Shown one piece after another: positions 1 to 23,209 of a stretch of 64,000 nt of DNA (positions within the stretch are counted from its first letter, which is position 1; each line of letters begins with the position of its first letter). Both the position numbers and the translations under genes were made by a program. This stretch comes from the human T2T-CHM13v2.0 reference genome, Homo sapiens. The stretch lies in the NCBI RefSeq assembly GCF_009914755.1, contig NC_060939.1; one strand, 5' to 3'. Below the pieces are notes generated by a model. That model saw only the letters and a program-made list of their open reading frames with translations, had not been told where the DNA came from and made no database searches.

Positions 1-107
1 GTATAGGACAGGCTTATGAGTATGATTGTGGTCAAAGCTTTGTACTAGAGGACACAAGATGCATGGGAAATGGGAGCTGGGGTATGGGGTGGAGAATGAG
101 GGAGTTA

Positions 108-185
108 TTCGATTGGTGCAAAAGTAATTGCGGGTTTGCCATTACTTTTAATTGCAACACTGCAATTACTTTTGCACCAACCTAA
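108..185. mobile_element. MADE1 (Hsmar1-derived MITE)
   Basis: About 78-bp palindrome TTGGTGCAAAAGTAATTGC...GCAATTACTTTTGCACCAACCTAA flanked by TA on both sides (106-107, 186-187). Confidence 0.9.
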
Positions 186-1017
186 TAACAAGAGGAGGGC
201 TAAGATAGGCTAATAGAGAGTACTGATTAAATTATCAAGAATTCAGGTTGGTGTAGCAAGGAGTCAAGAGGATAGAAAAGCCGGAGAAGTCAGGCAGATC
301 AAGGACAACACTGATTTTAACAAACATGTATTGAGCACCTATATGTATGAAGTTTTCATTTCATGTCTTAGTGAGTCCACAATTGATTGTAAAGCTGGTA
401 ATTGATAGCTTGATTTTGCTATCTAAGGAAACTAAAATCTGGGATATTAAGTGGTAGAGCCAGTTGAAACCTAGATCTGTCTGAGTGAACCCCAGGATTC
501 TTCCCAGTACCCCATACTAGAGCTGAGAAGTTCTATGGCTGCGTGGGTCAATCGTGCCATCATTTCAGAAGCTGACTCAGAGCCTTCCCCGAGTAGACTG
601 TCACTCCACTGGAAACCCAACTAGAATATTATATTTCACTTCCTTTCTTCTTCTTTTTTTTTTTTTTTGTAATGAGGTGAGATCTCACTATGTTGCCCAG
701 GGTAGTCTGAGCTCAAGCGATCCTCTCACCACAGCCTCCCAACTAGTTGGTATTATAGACATGAGCCATGACGCCCAGCTATTTTACTTTCTTTAAAAAT
801 AAAAATAATAAATATGCACAGTTAAAATTTCAAACAGTACTGAAAGGTATGAAATGAAGATTTTTTCTCACCACCATCATCTCCATTCCTCCACAATCCC
901 ACACTCCAAAAGTAATAGCTCCTAACAGTGTTTTTTCAGTGCTTACTCTGCAGTGCTTTTGTGATCTGCATTGGCATTTAACACACAGGATGTTAAATAA
1001 ACAAAAGAGAAGACTCC

Positions 1018-1570
<553 letters not shown>

Positions 1571-1773
1571 GAGAGAGAGGGAAAGGACTCCGAGGGAGCA
1601 GGAGTACTATCCTCAAAAATCTGGAGGACTAATCCTATTCCAGATGGGCCCAGAGGTCATAGTTGGAACCAGTGGCATGGATACTATTAGAGAGGCAGAG
1701 GCAGATTTTAACTGCACAAAAGGAAGAACACAAAGCCATCTCAATAAGGGTAAAAAGTACCTACCATGGGAAG

Positions 1774-3686
<1,913 letters not shown>

Positions 3687-3739
3687 AGAAGTATTCAAAC
3701 AGGCTACGTGACTATTTAGCAAGAAAATGCTACTGATAA

Positions 3740-4482
<743 letters not shown>

Positions 4483-4859
4483 TAAAAACACCAGAATATG
4501 TCACATGTAATGGTCTAAGTGTTGTTTACTGAGACTTTTTCTTTATATGTGTGTGCCTGTATACTGGGGTTATGATGTAAAATATATTTCTTACTGCAAG
4601 TCATGCAAAAAAGTTTGAAATCAACTTCACTGGATGACCATCAAAGCATCTTCCAGCGCTCACTCTGTGAAAGAGGTCTCAACTGTGGGTCACAAGATCC
4701 AGGTCCTCCCTCAGCCTTATAATAACAAGTCGTTATCCCTCTATGAATCTGTTTCCCCATTTGTGCAATGATAGTGAAAATTATTTACAACTTTAGATAG
4801 AGTGGTCAAAGTCTAAAGGCCCTTCCAATTCCAGAATTTTTTAATTCTAAGAACATCCT

Positions 4860-5360
4860 TTAATTCAGCAAATATTGCTCAAGCAGTGCCTTCAATGTGC
4901 CAGGCACTGTTCTAGGTGTGGGGATACAGGAGTGAACAAAACAGACAAAAAACAGCCCTATCCCTCATGGAGCTTATATTCTAGTGAGAGTAGACAGTAA
5001 AATAAGTAAGTGAACTATGACAAATGTTAGCAATAAGTGGTAAGAAGAAAAAATAAGCAGAGACGACAGGTACAAAATATCAGAGAGAGGGTTGAAATTC
5101 TAGATGGAGTGGTCAGGACATTCTCACAGAGAAGGCGTTTTTTGAGTAAAGACCTGGTAGAAATGACGGCACTAACCATGTGGATATCTGGTGAAGGGCA
5201 TCCCCAAAAAGGGAAACAGCAAAAGCAAAAGGCTGTGAGGTGGGAACGTGCCTAGCATGTTCCTTGAACAACAGGGAGGCCAGGGTGGTTGGAGTAGGTG
5301 AGCAAAGGCAGTAGAAGATGAAGTCAGAGAGGTTACAAGGGGCATGGGTGAGAACAGAGT
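4860..5360 (-). mobile_element. L2 fragment (3' region)
   Basis: attcagcaaatatt...tgtgccaggcactgttctagg...gcatgttccttgaacaacagggaggcc. Confidence 0.7.
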
Positions 5361-5558
5361 TCTTTAGAGCTGCCTCCAATTTCTTTTGTAAGCTGTGGGC
5401 AATAATGCCTATCTTTACATAATTATGAGGATCAAGTGAGCTGGGAATGTGCTCCCCAAACTGAGAGATCCTGCACAGATATGAAGGCTTACTATTTTGT
5501 GAGTTAAAGTAAATGGGGCAAGTCAATGACCATGAGAGAATGCCAGCTCTCTCCCTCA

Positions 5559-6235
<677 letters not shown>

Positions 6236-6784
6236 GTGAGTATTCTCCCAATTAAGTATTTTTCTTGATATTTAAACTGTCCAATTTCATATCATCAGAA
6301 AAGTATGGAGGTACAATTTAGCTTTATCAAATCTTAAAATTTTGCCATATTTGCTCCTATTGCTTTTTAAATAATAATATTTTTACTTTCCTCAAAATTG
6401 CTACATTTGAAGCCTCCTCTAAACTTTACATGAGTCTACCTCTCTTCTTCCCATTAAATTTGCACATTACATATGTATGATTTATAAATTATTTATAGTA
6501 GGGTTTGTGTTTTTCAAACTTTATATCAATGGTATCACACTGTGTATTATTATTCTGCAACCTGCCTTTTCTATTCAGCATGTTTTGCAGATTGATCCAT
6601 ATGAATATTTGTAGTTTTAATTTAGTTTATTAGTTTTAACTGCTAAATAGTATTCCATAGTATGAATATACCATAATTTATTTGCATGTACTATAATTTT
6701 TTGGTCCATTCTCTTGTTAATGGAATTTTAGGTTGCTTCCCATTTCTTTGCTACATAAATTATGCTGCAATGAACCCTCTAGTA

Positions 6785-7078
6785 CAGGAGTCCCCAAACC
6801 CCAGGAACTGGGCCACACAGCAGGAGGTGAGCAGAGGGAAAGCAAGCATTACTGCCTGAGCTCTGCCTCCTGTCAAATCAGCAGCAGCATTTGATTCTCA
6901 TAGGAGCACAAACCCTACTGTGAACTGCGCATGCAAGGGATCTAAGTGAGAATCTAATGCCTGATGATCTGAGATGAAACAGTTTTATCCCAAAACCATC
7001 CTTCCGCTGTCTCCTGTCCATGGAAAAATTGTCTTCCATGAAACCAGTCCCTGATGCCAAAAAGGTTGGGAACTACTG
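6785..7078 (+). mobile_element. MER1B-like hAT-Charlie MITE
   Basis: CAGGAGTCCCCAAACC...GGTTGGGAACTACTG with a perfect 8-bp TSD CTCTAGTA (6777-6784, 7079-7086). Confidence 0.85.
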
Positions 7079-7191
7079 CTCTAGTATATATCTATCTCCC
7101 TGTGTACACAGACAGGTGTTTCTCTAGGCTATATTTCTAGATATAACCAGCCTTTTCATCCAGCATTAAGTACTGGTCAAAGGCAAGGAAC

Positions 7192-11490
<4,299 letters not shown>

Positions 11491-11877
11491 TCCTAGATGA
11501 AAATAAAGGTAAATCTGGTCCATTCTAGGACTCTTTGTTTCTTCTAACAATATGAATGTGTTTCTATTCTTTTAAACATTTCTGGGTTTAAGCAGTTCTT
11601 TTCACTTTACTCTTCTAATGGCCAAAATCAGGTATTTGTAGTAACTGCAGTCTCCAGCTTCTGGCCTTGTACTGATGAGAAGCAAAAGCAAAACCACCAC
11701 CCCAAATTAACTGCTTTTATTCTTTTCAGAGGAAATTATTTTATTTCAAGAAAAATAGGGCCTGGCCCTTTATCTCTGACTGCTCATCAAATTATGGCTT
11801 TGCCTATGAAAGAGAAATGGAAGGGGAATGAATTGGGATATTCAATAACTGTTTTTACATGATTTTTCTACTTTCAG

Positions 11878-12338
11878 GTATCAATCACGGAGATCTTAAT
11901 GACCATAATATTTTAATAGAGTCCAGCAAGTCAGCCTCTGGAAATGCTGAATATCAAGTGTCTGGGATTTTAGACTTTGGTGACATGAGCTATGGCTACT
12001 ATGTGTTTGAAGTGGCAATTACCATCATGTACATGATGATTGAGAGCAAGAGTCCTATACAAGTAGGAGGCCATGTCCTTGCAGGGTTTGAAAGCATCAC
12101 CCCACTGACAGCTGTAGAGAAGGGTGCTTTGTTTTTACTTGTATGCAGTCGTTTTTGTCAGTCACTTGTCATGGCTGCATACTCTTGCCAGCTATACCCA
12201 GAGAACAAAGACTATCTCATGGTTACTGCAAAAACCGGGTGGAAACACTTACAGCAAATGTTTGACATGGGTCAGAAAGCTGTAGAAGAAATCTGGTTTG
12301 AAACTGCCAAATCCTATGAATCTGGGATCTCCATGTGA
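11878..12338 (+). CDS. HYKK: HYKK terminal coding exon (APH/choline-kinase-like catalytic C-lobe)
   Basis: ctttcag|GT ATC AAT CAC GGA GAT; contains the HGDLNDHN Brenner motif and ILDFGD; ends YESGISM-TGA at 12336-12338. Confidence 0.97.
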
Positions 12339-12886
12339 CTGAGATCTCCATGTGACTCAAAGTTCACTTTAACTTGGGTAATTAAAATAGGACCCAGTCA
12401 AATTTTAGGAAGGATTTTCCTGCATAGTTAAAAATCAACTGATGGAATGGATCAATTCTGAATATGACAGAGCACATGAAATCCCTAAGGTCTTCAAGCA
12501 ATCTCGTGACAATTTTTTAAAATTCACAAAAGTACCACAAGCAAGCATATTTTTCTGTGAGTCTTACTTGCCATATCTATAAAACACATATAATGATACC
12601 ATTTTGAAGCAGATAATCTCACAAGATCTATTCCTGCCCTGAGATTAATGACTATTTTAATTTTAAAAATAATATATACATATAGATATATTGACATATT
12701 TTAAATATCTGGACATAACATACTGACCTAGATAACATACTACCAGTTCTATGAAACCTCCTCTGATCTCTCCTTTCTCTAGAATCCCAGTGCATTGTGT
12801 CTTTTTCATGGCCCATCACTTTGTATAATGGATCGTGGTTGTGCAGTCATCTTGCCTGAGAGCTACTGAGGGCGGAGACCATGTAA

Positions 12887-14713
<1,827 letters not shown>

Positions 14714-14971
14714 TAATAAAAGCCAACATTTATTCAGCACTGAAGTATTTTATACACATTAGCTCACTTAATTTTTACAACAAACCTGTGTGGGAAGTAC
14801 TGTTATAATTAATCGTCATTTTCAGATAAGAAAATAGCAGCTGAAAAAGTAAAAATAATTTCCTCAAAGACAGCCAGGGCTTAAATCAGGCCTTTCTGAT
14901 GTAGACCATGCTCTTCACTACCACAGAGTTCCATGCTACTTTCTCTCCCTCTCCCTCCTCTCCTGTCCCTG

Positions 14972-14973
<2 letters not shown>

Positions 14974-15008
<35 letters not shown>

Positions 15009-15028
15009 CACACTCACTCACACACACT
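14974..15028. repeat. (CA)n microsatellite
   Basis: Run of about 16 perfect CA units followed by imperfect units. Confidence 0.95.
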
Positions 15029-15388
15029 AGGAGGAACAAATGAGATCATTCACATGAAAGCACTTATGTTTCTGAAATTTAAGGGACTGTGGTTTTTATC
15101 TAGGTTGACCTCTCAAGCTAAAAACTGGGAACCAGAATAATGGACTGAAACTTGGGTTTCACTTCCAGACCAGTGTTGATCCTCTGAATTGATGAAACTG
15201 TATAGATTTCCCTCTTGATTGCCCCTGCTAACATGGATTTCCTTTCACTCAATTCCTAATGCAAATATTGCTGACCACTGTTTAGATGTTTACATGCTGC
15301 ATTACATTGATATTTTACTATTTGGTGTTTGTTCTAACTTGTCTCCAATCAATCAATTTCATGTGGTTTATATAAACTCTTTGGTGGC

Positions 15389-15942
15389 TGTGATGGTTAG
15401 TTTTAGGTGCCAACTTGCCTGGATTAAGGGATACAGAGATAGGTAGTAAAGCGTTATTCCTAAGCATGTCTGTGCGGAAGTTTCCAGAAGAGACTGGCAT
15501 TTGAATCAGTAGCTGAGTAAGGAAGATCCCCCTCACCAATATGGGTGGGCACCATCCAATCTGTTGAGGGCCTGGATAGAACAAAAAGACAAAGGAAAGA
15601 TGGATTCAGTCTCTCTCCTGGGACAGCCATCTTCTCTTGCCCTCAGATAGCAAAACTCCAGGTTCTTGGCCTTCAAACTCCAGGACTTAACCAGCGGCCC
15701 CTCAGGTTCTTAGGTCCTCAGCCTCAGACTGAGTTACACCATCATCTCCTCTGGTTCTCAAGCCTTTAGACTCAAACTGAAACACATAATTGGCTTCACT
15801 GGTTCTTCAGCTTACAGACAGCAATTGTGGGACTTCCTAGCCTCCATAATTTATTTCCATAATAAATCCCCTCCTGTTTATCTACCTATCCATCCTTCCA
15901 TCCCATTGATTCGGTTTCTCTGGAAGACCCTAATATAATACA
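15389..15942 (+). mobile_element. MLT2-type (ERVL) solo LTR
   Basis: TGTGATGGTTAGTTTTAGGTGCCAACTTG...CTGGAAGACCCTAATATAATACA. Confidence 0.85.
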
Positions 15943-15974
15943 TAAATTAAATATTTATTTTACTTTACTTTCAG

Positions 15975-16045
15975 GACCTAGCACCGTGCCAGGCCCCTAG
16001 AAGACCCAGTAAAGATCTGTTGAATAAACTGTAAGAATGAACACA
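15975..16045 (+). other. HYKK: HYKK alternative terminal exon / distal poly(A) region
   Basis: Strong acceptor tattttactttactttcag at 15974; AATAAA at 16023-16028; splicing from 6235 gives T|GA stop. Confidence 0.65.
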
Positions 16046-16469
16046 CCACTACAAGTGCCAGGTCCTGGTCCTTTCAAACAACGTGGAGAAAACCCAGTTC
16101 CAGATTTAGGAATCAATACCATATGTCTGGCAAAGACTCTTTGCTCTTGCAAGTGCCTTCTTCTGTTCAGGCTTTTAGCGCCCCTGGACTACAACAGAAC
16201 TTTACTTTCTGGTATTCTTAGTCTCCCTAACCTCTGCACTTCATATTATGTAGGCAGATAAAAACTCTGGTTACATATATTGCTGTGTGATGACCAAAAA
16301 AAATTGTGGCTTAAAACTTTAATCATTTTATTAGCTCATGGTTTCTGGCAGTCATGAATTCAGGCAGGCCCTGGGACAGTTTGTCTCTGCTCCCCCCAGT
16401 GTTGGGGCCTCAGCTAGGAAGACTTTAAGGCTGGGAGAGATTTGATGCCTGGGAGAGACTCAATCACTG

Positions 16470-17035
16470 TGTAACCGAACACTTGCTTCTTACAGAGTCC
16501 AATTGACAAGGGTGAGGTATAATAGAAAGACAGAATTTATTAGCCAAAAATAGTAAAGGGAAAGCAATCGGATTCCTATCCAAATTAACGGCTTCTATTT
16601 TTAGGAAGAAGGCAGGGGTTTAAAAAGGGAAAACTTGATAAGGAAGGCAGACAAGAACTGGGCTGAGTACAGTGTCTGTGTGTCTTATTCTGGTGGCTAT
16701 CTTGGGTCCTGGTCCACCTGGACCCTGGGCTGATGGCATTTCAACAACAGCCAGGTTGTTAACTAGCTGTCTTGAAGTAATCTCTGGAACTTTGCAGCTG
16801 GGTCTCCAGACTTGGTCTGTGTGTCTCAGGATTGACCCCTGGAACTTCTAAGAAGACACATAATTAGATACTAGTAGACAGTTGGATAAATGTGAAGGGA
16901 GTATATACAATGAGAAAGGGAGGGATGTGGACTCTAGAAAAGGTTTCTGCAGTTTGCTTCAAGGTTATATCTTTAAACCCAAGGAAAAGGGGAAAAAATT
17001 TTTAATGCAGTTTGAAGCTAAGCTGCCTGGTTACA
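16470..17035 (-). mobile_element. ERV1-class solo LTR (subfamily not determined) nested in an older MLT1-like LTR (about 16270-17345)
   Basis: TGTAACC...GGTTACA inverted termini; 4-bp TSD ACTG (16466-16469, 17036-17039). Confidence 0.75.
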
Positions 17036-18199
17036 ACTGGGTACTAGGATCATCTGGAGGAATCTTCACTCAGCTGTCTGGCAGGTGACACTGGGACTTC
17101 ATCTAGGCTGTTGGCCAAACACCTCTCCATGTGGCCTTTGCTTCCTCACAGCACAGTGCCTGGGTCCCAAGAACGACCATCCCAAGAGGACAAGACAGAA
17201 CCATATCACCATTTGTGATTTGCTCTTGGAAGTCACATGATATCACTTCCATTGTAGTCACAGGCTCACCCAGATTCAGAATAAGGGGACACAGAACCTC
17301 TCAGTGGGAACCATCTGTGGCACATTGTAAGAGGAACATGTGGGATGAGAGATGTTGAGGGTTCATCATCCTAAAACATCACTTTAATCCTGTCTTCCCA
17401 TTACTGACCAAAACAAATTCTGGCATTAAAGGCACTCTACACTTAGGCCTCAAATGCCTTTCCTTACTTCCTGTATTATCTCCTCCATTCAGATCAGACC
17501 GAACTACTCAGTCACCCACACTTGTCAGACTCATTCTTCTCTTGCCCTTTTTCTCAAGGAATCCCTCTCTTGACCTGAGAAATTCTACCTCTCACTTAAA
17601 AGTGACTGTTCACTGAATTCCGCAGAATGAACTAAGGTGGCAGGCAGGGGCCCTCAGAGATGCCATAAGTTACACCACCTGAGGATGCTTTCAGAGCACC
17701 ACCTGCGTGTGGCTCTTTGCCATCTTGCCTTGGCTCACTTCCCTGTGTGCTTGGAAAGTAGAGACGATAGGCGAGACCTCAAAATGTAACTTACTTCCAA
17801 GCTATCTCCTTTTCAAAGCCCAGATCCCCCAATAATTTTGCAACCAACATGAAGAGGAGTTTCTGCCCAGTGGGCTGCTTTTTGGGAGAGACTGTGAGCA
17901 GATGACTTCATATTAACCCAGATCTAGTCAACCTTCTAGCCTGAAAAAACCTAAAATGCATAGTAGATAGTTTACATACGGACCGAGGCTGAATGAGCAA
18001 AAAGGTGGAGAGATGGATAATGAACACAGAAACAAGTATGACAATTTCAGTAAAGAAGATAAAATGGTGCGAGTATATGCTGACGGTAGGGTATTGCTTT
18101 AACTGTGCTGGTCAGGGAAATCCTTTCTGACTGGTGAAAAGCAGAGAAAGAGACCAAGGTGAAAATTCCCCCAAAAGTGTGAACCTGATCATAATTTTT

Positions 18200-18650
<451 letters not shown>

Positions 18651-19124
18651 TCCTCATCATAATGTGTATGTCCAAAATGTACGCATCAGCAGTAAAAGTG
18701 AAAGCCAGAATGAAAAAGGAAGGTGATGAGAGGGGTAAAGTCTCATGTGGTTGGAACCATTTTGGGAAACAGGACAGGAATGATAGCAATTAAGAAGCCG
18801 GTCCACACTATTTGCTATCCTAGGTCTGAATAGTGAAGAGAAAATGAAAGGAGAGCGCCAAGGGTAAGAGAAAGAAATTAGCTATTCCACCTCCTGGTTG
18901 GCTACTGTCTTCCTGCCCTCTTCCCCATGGCACAGCAACTCCTCCACCTGCTGAGGACCCTAGCCTAAGCTGCAGCGCCCCAGAGCCTCAGCACCCCCGC
19001 GACCCAGCTCCCACGAGGGGCACGGGTTCTAGCTCCGCCCCGCAAGAAGGACTTCCGCGTCCTCGGCCGTCCCGCTCCCCCCGCCCCAACCCAGCGGTTC
19101 TGCGCATGCGCGGGGGCCATATTA

Positions 19125-19214
19125 GCAGCGGTTATTCGGTGAGCGGTGGTGGTTTATTCTTCCGTGGAGTTAAGGGCTCCGTGGACATCTCAGGTCTTCA
19201 GGGTCTTCCATCTG
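19125..19214 (+). other. PSMA4: PSMA4 non-coding exon 1 (start approximate)
   Basis: Donor CTG|gtgagc at 19214/19215 directly downstream of the core promoter motifs. Confidence 0.8.
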
Positions 19215-19333
19215 GTGAGCCTTTGGCCCCTTGGGGCCCGCGGAAGCTTGGCCGCTTTCCCATTGGGCGGGGGTCGTGAACGTCAAGACAGTCGGTCCCG
19301 GCCTGCAGTTGCCGCCGAGGAGCCGTGGGCACG

Positions 19334-19344
19334 ATGACTCTGCA
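19334..19344 (+). promoter_or_regulatory. Antioxidant response element (NFE2L1/TCF11-sMAF, proteasome bounce-back) in PSMA4 intron 1
   Basis: ATGACTCTGCA matches RTGACnnnGCA; proteasome subunit genes are established NFE2L1 targets. Confidence 0.8.
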
Positions 19345-20602
19345 CCGCCTCCTCTGTGACGGACCGACCGCCGGGAATGGCCCCCGCCGGCCGCCGTCGG
19401 GGGCTTCCCAGTGCCAAGCCTGGACGCCGGGGCCCGCGAGGGGGCGGGCTGAGGGTGGGGGTCTGTGGGCAGGACCGAGAGTTGGGGTGGCTTCCGTCCT
19501 CAGGAGTTCGGTACGTGAAAGTTAGCTCTCCCGGAGGTGCCGGTGAACTCAAAATCGTGCTGTGCCCGGCGTCAGGCGTGGAGACAACAGAAAGTTGTGC
19601 TTAAAGCTCGAATCAGAAATCCCCGGCGAGTGTCTCTGTGTCCTCCCTGCTTCTCTGCTCTGTGCCATCCTTACTTTGCACCATTCCTATTGCAATTACC
19701 TCAACCAGTTCGCTGCCCTCGGTCTCTCACCAGCCAGAGTGATCATTTAAAATGCCAATCAGTTCCTGTGGGCCTTGGGAATCATTCAGAGGAGCCCCAT
19801 TGGCTGAGAGATAAAATTCTGTTTTTACCTGGGCACGCGGGCTCTCCAGGATTTGATTCCAGCTTACCTTTCCAGTCTTGATTCCCTATATTCCAGTATT
19901 TGGAAATGTGGGCCTTGGACTGAGGCTTTACCAAATAACGCTGAGCACCTAGTATTGCCTTTTGCACGAATGGTACTGATGGTGCCCAAGATAACTGCCT
20001 CCACCCCCAAGTTCAGGACCCAGATCACTCTCTGGAGAAGGCCTCAGCCTCTTGCCTTGGCTTTCAAGGCTCTGCGTGATTTGGATACTCACTTAGCTCT
20101 TATTTATATATATTTTAAAAGCATCAGCAGTTTATCTCATGCCCACTAAACTATCCTGCCTCGGTACCCTTTGTTCATACTTTCTGCTCTGTGTGGAATG
20201 CCCTTCTTTCTTCCCCTGTTCTTTCTCTTAGACCCAAGGGTTCTCAGCCTTATTTCTGCCTCTCCCATCTCTGATTTACTTTCATTTTCTGTATCGATTT
20301 CTCAAAAAATACTTTCTTGATTCTTTCATCATCCCTTTTCCCACCCTACCCCCGGTTCCTCTTTCCACATTATAATCTATGACTGCCTCTCTCACCTAAC
20401 TGCCAGTATTAGCTTTTCAGGACAGGAACTGGTTTTACACATTTTGGTATTCCAGCATCTAGCATAATGCCTGACACTTAGCTGAATAAAGGGAGTAAAT
20501 AAAACAGATTTGTAAAGTCAGCAAATGCTTTTTAATTTGTGAATCTTATTTTAATGATGATCTGATTTTCTTTTTACAGGAACTATATAAAGTTCAGAAA
20601 AC

Positions 20603-20605
20603 ATG
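20603..20605 (+). CDS. PSMA4: PSMA4 exon 2 (exon spans 20580-20605); only the start ATG is coding
   Basis: tttttacag|GAACTATATAAAGTTCAGAAAACATG|gtgagt. Confidence 0.92.
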
Positions 20606-20851
20606 GTGAGTTAATACACATGCCAATAAACGGTTGCCTGATAAACAGTATTGCTTGTACTCAGTTTACAGACTTGAGTGGGAAAATTGAAATAGAAGGA
20701 AAGCAGTGAGAAGGTGCCTTTTTTCTTGTCAGTTTCCTCTCACCTATTGAACTTTGTATACCAGGATAGGTTTTGTAAGATCATTTGTAGGCTTGCAGGA
20801 GTTGGCCTACTTTCAGTGGGTAGGAATCACTCATGTGTTTTTCCTTTGCAG

Positions 20852-20894
20852 TCTCGAAGATATGACTCCAGGACCACTATATTTTCTCCAGAAG
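20852..20894 (+). CDS. PSMA4: PSMA4 exon 3 (SRRYDSRTTIFSPEG)
   Basis: ttgcag|TCT...GAAG|gtaaaa; proteasome alpha-subunit N-terminal signature YD..TIFSPEG. Confidence 0.97.
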
Positions 20895-21045
20895 GTAAAA
20901 TAGAAATTGTTTAATCTGCCTCAAGTTTAAAAATAAATGTGTTAGACTTTTAGAAAAAAAAATTACAAACTTTTTTTGGTAGTTGCAAAGTTCATCCTTT
21001 TTGTACTTTGAAGCAATTATCGTCACCAGGTTGATTATACCATAG

Positions 21046-21321
<276 letters not shown>

Positions 21322-22234
21322 TAAGTGAGATTTTAGGAAAGAGTTTAAAAAAAATCTCACTTTCTCACATAAGTGGGATCTATGTAATTTGGGAGGGCTC
21401 TTCCGTGCGATGTGGTAGAATTGAAATTGTGCCTTTATTTTGCTTGAAACCTCTTTGAGGCCTGGTACCATGTGTTACTCCTTTTAAGTGCAGGGCAAAC
21501 ACTTAGTGGAGAAACTAGCATTGTGTAATGATAAGAGTACAGACTTAGTAGTCACACAGATTTGGGTTCAACTCCAGGCTTCACCCATGCAGGCTATGTG
21601 ACCTTGCACCGATTATTTAATTTCTTTGGGCCTCAGAGCCTCCTAAAGTGGTTGTGGCAGTTTAATGAAATAAAATGAATGAAATAAAATAGTATAGTAT
21701 CTGGCATTTAGTAGGCCCTCAAAGTATTGTTTAGAATAGCTACGCAGGATTTTGTTGAATTACACTGAATCTTACTAAAGAACAAGCCTCTTAGAGGTCT
21801 CGAAGAATTTAGCCAAGCCTTGTACACTGTGTGAAATGTTTGTTATATTTGAGTGTGCAGAACTTTGCAGCTCATGGAGAGCTGGCCGTGCTAAGTAGAG
21901 ACTTTCCTTTCAGTGGTGGTGGGCTTGGTAAATGCTGATTATCAGGGCCTTTTGATAAACTTGTCCAAAGTGGTGTCACCCCTCCACAGAGCCTCTGTTG
22001 GGACCACTCAACAGCTGGCAGGCTTGGCTAGGCGTAGTCACAGGGCGAGTCTCAGCTATAAGAGAGCCAGGGCAGCCCTCAGGAAGTGGGCCCAAAAAAA
22101 TGAAATGCACCTCTAGTAGGAGCCTAGCCCTGTACTTCCTAAGCAGGCTTGTAAACCCTCCTGCCATTGTCCCCTGTCACCTCTGTCAAGCCAGGCCTTA
22201 GGAAATGAATATTACTCAAGAGCAGTCTGTCTAG

Positions 22235-22576
<342 letters not shown>

Positions 22577-22866
22577 TGAGATTACATTAGCTTCTTGGCG
22601 TTAATTTTGTTATCCTATTCATTGGTGGTAATGATAAATACATCTATTAAATAACTTAAAGGGTGCATTTGTTTATCTTTCATGTTGAGTGACATCAAGT
22701 AAACATCTCCTACAAAGATAAAACTTGTAGGTTTTTTCTGAAGGAAGTAGCTGTTGTGAAGCAAACATAGTGAATTTCTAATAGAAATTAGAATTTTTTA
22801 AATACTTATAAACACTCCTTGCAAGCATCTTCCCTGCTTACAGATCAATGTCTTTTTTTCTTCAAG

Positions 22867-22944
22867 GGACATGGCTTGCAGTGTGGCAGGCATAACTTCT
22901 GATGCTAATGTTCTGACTAATGAACTAAGGCTCATTGCTCAAAG
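22867..22944 (+). CDS. PSMA4: PSMA4 exon 5 ([25 protein letters not shown])
   Basis: ttcaag|G...CAAAG|gtatgg. Confidence 0.96.
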
Positions 22945-22965
22945 GTATGGTCATAAATAGCATAA

Positions 22966-23209
<244 letters not shown>

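Larger units (their letters stand above)
18960..19640 (+). promoter_or_regulatory. PSMA4: PSMA4 CpG-island promoter
   Basis: CpG-dense; GC boxes at about 19033-19041 and 19077-19087; ETS-like ACTTCC at 19051; NRF1 palindrome TGCGCATGCGCG at 19101-19112; YY1-like GCCAT at 19116. Confidence 0.9.

Noticed and set aside
11859-11877. ORF-track start MIFLLS ahead of the HYKK last exon
   Set aside because: Intronic; the exon begins after the acceptor at 11877.
19146-20149. Overlapping 60-114 aa ORFs in the PSMA4 CpG island and intron 1
   Set aside because: Expected from stop-poor GC-rich DNA; no recognisable domain.
20583-20592. Perfect TATA-like CTATATAAAG inside PSMA4 exon 2
   Set aside because: It would place a TSS beyond the ATG, in intron 2; the upstream CpG-island promoter explains the gene.
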